From positions 147 to 64,146 of the forward strand of contig CAZHDO010000004.1 in the NCBI GenBank assembly GCA_964531375.1: a stretch of 64,000 nucleotides of DNA, in the 5' to 3' direction. The translations under genes were made by a program, and so were the position numbers. Below the pieces are notes generated by a model. That model did not search any database. It saw only the letters and a program-made list of their open reading frames with translations, and was not told where the DNA came from. Below are positions 57,849-64,000 of this stretch, piece after piece. Position 1 is the first letter of the stretch. Each line of letters starts with the position of its first letter. Origin of the DNA: an uncultured Candidatus Saccharibacteria bacterium (GTDB taxonomy: Bacteria; Patescibacteriota; Minisyncoccia; Phycocordibacterales; UBA12445).

Positions 57849-60032
57849 ATGGAACTTGATAAACCTATTGAAAAAGAATTCAGACTAAACCCTTACCAAA
57901 AGGAGGGGTTGTTAAAATTGGGGCTTGAAACCTTGTTGGACCTTTTATTCTACCTACCTTCCAGATATGGCGACAAAGGAGAATTAATGCACGTTACAGA
58001 TACAAAAAATGGCGAACTTGCGGTTGTTTGCGGAAAGGTGCTCAGCACAAAAATGTCGAAATCATATATCTCAAAAGTTCCAATGGCAGAAATGATGATT
58101 GAAGACGAAACGGGGAAAATAAAAGCAATTTGGTTCCATCAGCCGTATATGGCAAAAAAAGTTGCCGTGGGTAATTTTGCAAAGCTATCTGGGCAAATTT
58201 CAGAAAAAAATGGACAAAGAACAATGATTAATCCAGACATTGAAGAGGCTGAAAGTTTAGAAATAACCCACCACGGAAGCTTATTTTCAAAAGAGGAAAT
58301 TAGCTCGACTCCTGTTTATTCGGAAACAAAAGGAATTACATCGCTTTGGTTTCGTCACGTAATCGGCAAGCTTTTAAAGAACAAGCTTCATGAAAAAATT
58401 ATTGATCCTATTCCCGAAAATATTTTAAACAAATACCATCTCCCATCCATCCAAACAGCACTCGTCTGGATCCATGCGCCAAAGAAAGACGACGACGCAA
58501 AATCTGCAAGAAAAAGATTTTCTTTTGAAGAAGTTTTTTACATTCAACTTGCAAGGCAAAAAGAGAGAAGAGAATACGAAAGCAATCCATCTTTTAAAAT
58601 TTCGGCCAAAAGTGATATTGAAAATTTCAAAGGACGATTCGGTTTCAAAATGACAGAGGCGCAAGAAAACGCGATTAACCAAATAATCAATGACCTAAAG
58701 GGAGATAAACCAATGACAAGGCTTCTCGAGGGCGATGTCGGTTCTGGAAAAACAGCAGTCGCAGCCACAGCCGCCTTTGGGGTAATAAGCACAAGTCCAT
58801 ACAAAAAATCAACATTCGGTGAATTCGGAAATCTTCAAGTCGCCTATATGGCTCCGACCGAAATTCTTGCGAATCAACATTTTGAATCGTTCATAAAATA
58901 TTTTAAACACACAGGCATCAATGTCGGTCTTATTACAGGAAGCGGATGCAAAAAATTCCCTTCAAAAATAAACCCTGAAGGCTGGACGACGATTTCTAGA
59001 GCTCAAATACTAAAATGGGTTGCAAACGGAGAAATACCGATACTAATCGGCACACATTCTCTTATTCAAAAAACAGTTAAATTCAAACATCTGGGACTTG
59101 TAATAATAGACGAACAACATAGATTTGGAATAGAACAGAGACTAAAACTCGCCAAAAAAAGCTCTGATTTTATAGAGGGAAAAGCCTCGCCAGTTCCCCA
59201 CTTTCTTTCTATGACCGCGACGCCCATACCAAGAACACTTGCACTTACAATATATGGAGACTTAGACTTAACGCTTCTTGACCAAATGCCAGCAGGAAGA
59301 AAGCCGATAATCACAGACATAGTTCTCCCCGCCCAAAGAAATGGTGTTTATGAAAAAATAAGGAGCGAACTTGAAGCAGGAAGACAGGCTTACATTATAT
59401 GTCCAAGAATAGACGAGCCAGATCCAGACAAAGAATTAGCACTAAATGCAAAATCAGTAACAGCTGAAGCCAAGAGACTCAAAAAGGACGTTTTTCAAAA
59501 ATACGAAATCGGAATTTTACATAGCAAAATGACTCCAAAAGAAAAAGAGTCAGTAATGGACGAATTTTCAAAAGGGAAAATTAATATATTAGCAGCCACG
59601 TCTGTGGTGGAGGTTGGTGTAAACGTCCCAAACGCAACCTCAATAATCATCGAAGGCGGAGAAAGATTTGGACTATCACAACTCCATCAACTTAGAGGTA
59701 GAGTTTTAAGAAGCAACCACCAAGCTTATTGCTATATTTTTAGTGAATCAAAAACAGAAAAGACAAGAGAAAGATTAAAAGCAATCAAAACAGCCAAAAA
59801 CGGATTCGAATTGGCAGAAATGGACCTGCAGTTACGTGGTTTTGGCGAGCTATCTGGTGGCAAACAATGGGGTATTTCTGATATCGGAATGGAAGCAATA
59901 AAAAATTTAAAAATGGTAGAAGCGGCCAGAAATGAAGCAAAAGAAATTCTCGACACTGACCCCAAAATAGACAGACACCCACTATTAAAAGAAAAAATAA
60001 AAAGAATAAACACAGAAACCCATTTTGAATAA
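57849..60032 (+). CDS. recG: ATP-dependent DNA helicase RecG (start likely ATG 57849)
   Basis: EGDVGSGKT, MAPTEILA, DEQHRFG, MTATPIPRTL, QLRGRV. Confidence 0.97.
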   Translation: MELDKPIEKEFRLNPYQKEGLLKLGLETLLDLLFYLPSRYGDKGELMHVTDTKNGELAVVCGKVLSTKMSKSYISKVPMAEMMIEDETGKIKAIWFHQPYMAKKVAVGNFAKLSGQISEKNGQRTMINPDIEEAESLEITHHGSLFSKEEISSTPVYSETKGITSLWFRHVIGKLLKNKLHEKIIDPIPENILNKYHLPSIQTALVWIHAPKKDDDAKSARKRFSFEEVFYIQLARQKERREYESNPSFKISAKSDIENFKGRFGFKMTEAQENAINQIINDLKGDKPMTRLLEGDVGSGKTAVAATAAFGVISTSPYKKSTFGEFGNLQVAYMAPTEILANQHFESFIKYFKHTGINVGLITGSGCKKFPSKINPEGWTTISRAQILKWVANGEIPILIGTHSLIQKTVKFKHLGLVIIDEQHRFGIEQRLKLAKKSSDFIEGKASPVPHFLSMTATPIPRTLALTIYGDLDLTLLDQMPAGRKPIITDIVLPAQRNGVYEKIRSELEAGRQAYIICPRIDEPDPDKELALNAKSVTAEAKRLKKDVFQKYEIGILHSKMTPKEKESVMDEFSKGKINILAATSVVEVGVNVPNATSIIIEGGERFGLSQLHQLRGRVLRSNHQAYCYIFSESKTEKTRERLKAIKTAKNGFELAEMDLQLRGFGELSGGKQWGISDIGMEAIKNLKMVEAARNEAKEILDTDPKIDRHPLLKEKIKRINTETHFE

Positions 60033-60059
60033 AACCACCTCTGATTAAGGTGGTTTTTT
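60032..60059. terminator. Bidirectional terminator between recG and gpmA
   Basis: AAAACCACCT-ctgatta-AGGTGGTTTT. Confidence 0.8.
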
Positions 60060-60072
60060 ATAAATTTAATTT

Positions 60073-60819
60073 TTATTTCTTAATACTGGTCTGATTTTTT
60101 ACTTTCTCTATTTTACTGGCAATTTCAGCTTGGTTGCCAAGGTAATAATGTTTAATGGGTTTGTAATTTTCGTCAAACTCGTAAACCAAAGGTACGGCTG
60201 TTGGAATATTTAAATCCATGACCTCTTCTTCAGACAAGCCATCAAGATGTTTAACCAAAGCCCTAACACCCGAACCGTGCCCGGCGATTAAAACATTTTT
60301 TCCTTTTTTAATTTCGGGAAAAATAACCTCCTCCCAATAAGGCATTAATCTTTTTGTTGTATCATCCAAAGACTCTGCAAGCGGAACTTCTTCTCTTTTT
60401 AGTCCACTGTACTTGGGGTCATTAAACGCGTCTTTAGAATCGCCCTCTTTTAATGTAGGTGGGCGAACATTATAACTTCTTCTCCATATCTTCACCTGTT
60501 CTTCTCCGTATTTTTCAGTCGTTTCTGACTTATTTAAACCCTGAAGAGCACCATAATGTCTTTCATTTAATCTCCATGAATTAAAAATTGGAATATTTTG
60601 ACCCAATTCCCCTAAAACGATATCAAGTGTTTTTACAGCACGCTTAAGAACAGAAACAAAAGCCATATCAGGCTTCATTCCTGCCTCTTTTAAAGATTTA
60701 CCCGCCTTATGCGCCTCATCTTCGCCCTGAGGTGACAAATCCACATCAACCCACCCAGTAAAAATGTTCTCCTTATTCCAAACACTCTCTCCGTGCCTAA
60801 TTATTATTAGTTTGTTCAT
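60073..60819 (-). CDS. gpmA: 2,3-bisphosphoglycerate-dependent phosphoglycerate mutase
   Basis: RHGESVWN..N.FTGW.DV, LNERHYGALQG, WRRSY, LNIPT. Confidence 0.97.
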   Translation of the reverse strand: MNKLIIIRHGESVWNKENIFTGWVDVDLSPQGEDEAHKAGKSLKEAGMKPDMAFVSVLKRAVKTLDIVLGELGQNIPIFNSWRLNERHYGALQGLNKSETTEKYGEEQVKIWRRSYNVRPPTLKEGDSKDAFNDPKYSGLKREEVPLAESLDDTTKRLMPYWEEVIFPEIKKGKNVLIAGHGSGVRALVKHLDGLSEEEVMDLNIPTAVPLVYEFDENYKPIKHYYLGNQAEIASKIEKVKNQTSIKK

Positions 60820-61303
60820 TTGTTGTTGTGCTTATTTTTCTTTTAGCTGACCACCCCCCAATATCAAGTCCCCTTTTGATTATATTCCCATAAACCTGAT
60901 CTCCAACAATCTCCCCGCCAAAGTCTCTACCACCAAACGATGGTGTCCATTTTAAATATGATGTCGACACAGTATATTCTCCCTTTTTATTTGTACTACT
61001 TGTAAATGTTCCACCGCTCTTATTACCACTGAAAACAACTTCATAATTAATTTCGTCCTCTCCTGCAATCTTCTCTTTTACATCCCATGCCCCCCTTACA
61101 TCAATAGTCGTACTAGCCTCCCTTCTAGCCAAAATCATTGGATCTTCTATCGCGGGCCCTTTTTCTTCAACCTTAATACTTTCCTTTTTCTTATCAATTA
61201 CTGGTTTTTTTGTATGAGCGTCCAAATAAAACATATAACACACAATACCAATAATCAGTGCGTATATTGTTAAATCAAAATATGAAAACTTTTTTTTCTC
61301 CAT
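60797..61303 (-). CDS. Membrane-anchored hypothetical protein
   Basis: N-terminal TM helix, beta-rich C-terminus. Confidence 0.7.
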   Translation of the reverse strand: MEKKKFSYFDLTIYALIIGIVCYMFYLDAHTKKPVIDKKKESIKVEEKGPAIEDPMILARREASTTIDVRGAWDVKEKIAGEDEINYEVVFSGNKSGGTFTSSTNKKGEYTVSTSYLKWTPSFGGRDFGGEIVGDQVYGNIIKRGLDIGGWSAKRKISTTTNEQTNNN

Positions 61304-61352
61304 GACAAAAAATAATTAAATTAATAGTAACGTTATTATATAATAAAAATTA

Positions 61353-62342
61353 TTATAAGCCAGCAATGATTAAAGCCACCTTTTCATTGTGACGAACAAT
61401 ACCCCCAACCTCATCAACCAAATTTTCTGACTTAATTAATTTTGTATACTTACCCAATCTTTCTTTGTCTATTTTTACCGGAAAAGAACCTTGTTCCTCA
61501 TATGATCTTGAGGCTGTCTTGCTTATATTAGCATTATTACAAACGATAACATCAAATTTTTCCCTACCAATATGTTTCAACATCGTTTCGGCAAATTTCG
61601 AAGCCTTAAAATGGTTGGTTTCAGACTTCTTATTCATTATATTAACAACATATATAAGCTTCGCCCGACTTTCTTTTATTGCTTCTCTAAAACCATTAAC
61701 TAAAGTATTGGGTATAACAGATGTATATAAATCACCAGGACAAAAAACGATTTTATCAGCGGAAACAATCGCTTCGTGGGAATTACAATGTATAAACGCC
61801 TCGGGTTCTAGAAAAGCAGAGATAATTGTTCGATTATCAGATATTACCCTTGTGTCAATAAGTCCCTCCCCCCTCAAAACAGAACCATCAGATAATTTCA
61901 CACACAACTCAGCGTCATTTAAACTAACAGGAAGAACTTTGCCCCTTACCTTAAACCAACGACAAAGAATGTTAATAGCATTCAACATATTTCCTGTAAT
62001 TTCAGTCAGAGCCGTCAAAAGGATATTACCAACGGTGGCCGAATCCAAAGAAGAACCATTTTTTGGAGCAAAACGATATGAAAGTAATGCTCGGAGATCG
62101 GATTCTATCTCATCATCCGATAAAGCAAGTATCGCCTGTCTAATATCGCCCGGTGGTAAGACACCTCTTTCATCACGCAAAATTCCAGAATGACCACCAT
62201 GATCAAAAGTAGATTGAATCGTCGTTATATTAGGACGAATATGTTTCAAAAATCTAGCAATTCTATAAACCCCACCCCCACCACCGACAAGGACAATTGA
62301 TTCATTAATGTTTACTGGCGCAATTTTCCTTTTTTCAATCAT
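61353..62342 (-). CDS. YvcK/GlmR (CofD-related) family protein
   Basis: GGGGG, DHGGHSGILR, PPGDIR, PGDLYTSVIPN, IVRH. Confidence 0.92.
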   Translation of the reverse strand: MIEKRKIAPVNINESIVLVGGGGGVYRIARFLKHIRPNITTIQSTFDHGGHSGILRDERGVLPPGDIRQAILALSDDEIESDLRALLSYRFAPKNGSSLDSATVGNILLTALTEITGNMLNAINILCRWFKVRGKVLPVSLNDAELCVKLSDGSVLRGEGLIDTRVISDNRTIISAFLEPEAFIHCNSHEAIVSADKIVFCPGDLYTSVIPNTLVNGFREAIKESRAKLIYVVNIMNKKSETNHFKASKFAETMLKHIGREKFDVIVCNNANISKTASRSYEEQGSFPVKIDKERLGKYTKLIKSENLVDEVGGIVRHNEKVALIIAGL

Positions 62343-62502
62343 TATTTTTAAAAAATCATTATTAACCCATCCATACTATCAAAACAACAGAACTGAACAA
62401 ATAGTGACACTATAGAATTAAGTGTCTTAAATATTGTTTTTAGGGGCAACAAAACCTTTAAAAAAACTTGACACTATTTTACCCAAGAGGTACCGTAAGT
62501 AT

Positions 62503-63171
62503 ATGAATCCACAAAAAACACTTGTTCTGTTCTCCGGTGGGCGCGACTCTTCGTGCGCGGTTATTGAAATGTTACGTGCAGGGTATTTTGTTAGACTATT
62601 CACCTGCCAAGCCGTATCATCAGAAACAACTGGTCCTAAAGGTGATTCAGCCCCCGACATAAGACAAAAGGAGCTCATAACTAATTTTCCAAACAAAATT
62701 GACGCCGAAAGAGTTATTCGTAAAGATGCGTACTTAATTAGAAAATTAGCAATAAGCAGAACCAATAAAACACACGTTGTTTATCCAATAGCCATTGCCC
62801 TCGCAATCCATTCTGAAGCGATTTTATACTGCCTCAAAAATAATATTAAAAACATAGCTTGTGGGTACTCAGGTTATCAATCAAAAGAAGATAGGTATAT
62901 TGAGCAAAGTACAGACTTTTTCGAATTAATGAAATCATTTTTAAAAGAATACGGCATTGAATACCACGCCCCTGTTATAAATAAAACAAAAAAGGAAATA
63001 AATGATATTCTAGAACAATGCAATATTGAATCCAGTTCCCTCGAGAATAAATCCATTTTTGGAGATATCGAATTTGACACTAACAAGGCGCTAGAATTTT
63101 GGAATGAATCCATTCCTGTGTGTCGAGATTATATATCAAAGATGCAATCTTTTGATATAATAAAAGAATAA
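62503..63171 (+). CDS. PP-loop adenine-nucleotide alpha-hydrolase, QueC-like N-terminus (start likely ATG 62503)
   Basis: LVLFSGGRDSS; promoter TTGACA-17 bp-TACCGT ends 6 nt before the ATG. Confidence 0.75.
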   Translation: MNPQKTLVLFSGGRDSSCAVIEMLRAGYFVRLFTCQAVSSETTGPKGDSAPDIRQKELITNFPNKIDAERVIRKDAYLIRKLAISRTNKTHVVYPIAIALAIHSEAILYCLKNNIKNIACGYSGYQSKEDRYIEQSTDFFELMKSFLKEYGIEYHAPVINKTKKEINDILEQCNIESSSLENKSIFGDIEFDTNKALEFWNESIPVCRDYISKMQSFDIIKE

Positions 63172-63746
63172 TGCACTTATCTAAATTATTTAAAAAAGCT
63201 CTTTATTTTGCAGCAGAAAAACACGACGGACAATATCGCAAAGGTGGAAAAACCCCATACATAGTACATCCAATACAAGTAGCATTTGGTGTAAGAAAAT
63301 ACACAAAAGATGAAAAAATAATAATTGCAGCCCTGTTGCACGATACACATGAGGACTGCAAAAATGTCTCTCTTTCTGATCTAAAAAAGGAATTCGGAGA
63401 AAGCATAGCCGGGCTTGTAAAGGAAATAAGTTTTGTTGATAATAAAAAATACTCAACTTGGAAAAAGAAAAAGGAGGTCTATTTAGAAAAAGTAAAATTA
63501 GTTTCCAAAGAAGCTTTGCTAATTATAGCCGTAGATAAATTATGTAATATGCAGGCCTATTTTGGAGCATTAGAAGACAAAAAAGAAATAAAAAACCTTT
63601 TTGGCGGAACCCCACGAGATTATATTTGGTACTACAAATCTGTGGGAGATATTTTGGAATTGTCTACACTTAAAAATCATAGAATTACAAAAGACTATTT
63701 TAGAAAAATAAAAGCGATATCGAAGATAGAGTCAATAAATAAATAA
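63171..63746 (+). CDS. HD-domain small alarmone hydrolase-like protein (SpoT hydrolase/MESH1 family)
   Basis: AAEKHDGQYRK..PYIVHP, AALLHDTHED, DKLCN. Confidence 0.88.
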   Translation: MHLSKLFKKALYFAAEKHDGQYRKGGKTPYIVHPIQVAFGVRKYTKDEKIIIAALLHDTHEDCKNVSLSDLKKEFGESIAGLVKEISFVDNKKYSTWKKKKEVYLEKVKLVSKEALLIIAVDKLCNMQAYFGALEDKKEIKNLFGGTPRDYIWYYKSVGDILELSTLKNHRITKDYFRKIKAISKIESINK

Positions 63747-63779
63747 AACCCATGACATTTTTTCTGTCATGGGTTTTTT
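63744..63779. terminator. Bidirectional terminator
   Basis: AAAACCCATGACA-ttttttc-TGTCATGGGTTTT. Confidence 0.8.
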
Positions 63780-63780
63780 A

Positions 63781-64000
63781 CTAACCGTCGTATTTTTTAC
63801 GATGATAATTGTCGTGGAGAGCTTCATTAACAAGGTGAAACTCGTGAGTAGTAATCTGTACCTCAAAAGGTACGTCGTTCTTATGAGCCACAAATTGCAA
63901 AAGACGTAGCACTTTACCCTGAACACTTGGACATGGTTTTGATTCTTTAATATAATCGTGATCCAAAAAACCAGGAAAGGATTTTTCAATGATTCCCAAG
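63781..64000 (-). CDS. 3' end of a hypothetical gene running off the window
   Basis: Open frame to the window edge, stop next to the terminator. Confidence 0.45.
   Translation of the reverse strand, partial: LGIIEKSFPGFLDHDYIKESKPCPSVQGKVLRLLQFVAHKNDVPFEVQITTHEFHLVNEALHDNYHRKKYDG

Noticed and set aside
62503-63171. Assigning queC
   Set aside because: Only the SGGxDS PP-loop is shared; the zinc-binding Cys cluster and que neighbours are absent

Overview
AT-rich bacterial window, most likely Patescibacteria/CPR (Parcubacteria-like). This is inferred from the compact type IV pilus/competence locus, CPR-type hypothetical families, scarce Shine-Dalgarno sites and apparently leaderless genes; the standard code fits. 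Positions 122-25202 are a ~25 kb integrative element inserted in an initiator tRNA-Met gene. It has 48-bp att repeats, a tyrosine integrase, an excisionase and a frameshift-split Prim-Pol/AAA helicase, but no capsid, terminase or conjugation genes. Its cargo is a two-ATP-grasp + C39 peptidase module, a type I RM system with interleaved small and HEPN-like genes, a GmrSD type IV nuclease, secreted proteins and an ssDNA-handling operon. The host backbone carries rplJL, gatAC, ligA, a complete type IV pilus locus with comF, SulP, an amidase, two tRNA-Ser genes, recG, gpmA and a YvcK-family gene. The most unusual signals are: (i) a 317-bp GIY-YIG-only mini-element with terminal inverted repeats and a 6-bp target duplication; (ii) palindromic repeat units built on duplicated pieces of tRNA genes; (iii) an intact tRNA-Ser with anticodon ACT near the normal GCT one; (iv) a REP-like repeat lying in frame inside ligA; (v) covarying hairpin blocks bracketing the major pilin genes. 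All family assignments come from motif recognition by eye, not from database searches.
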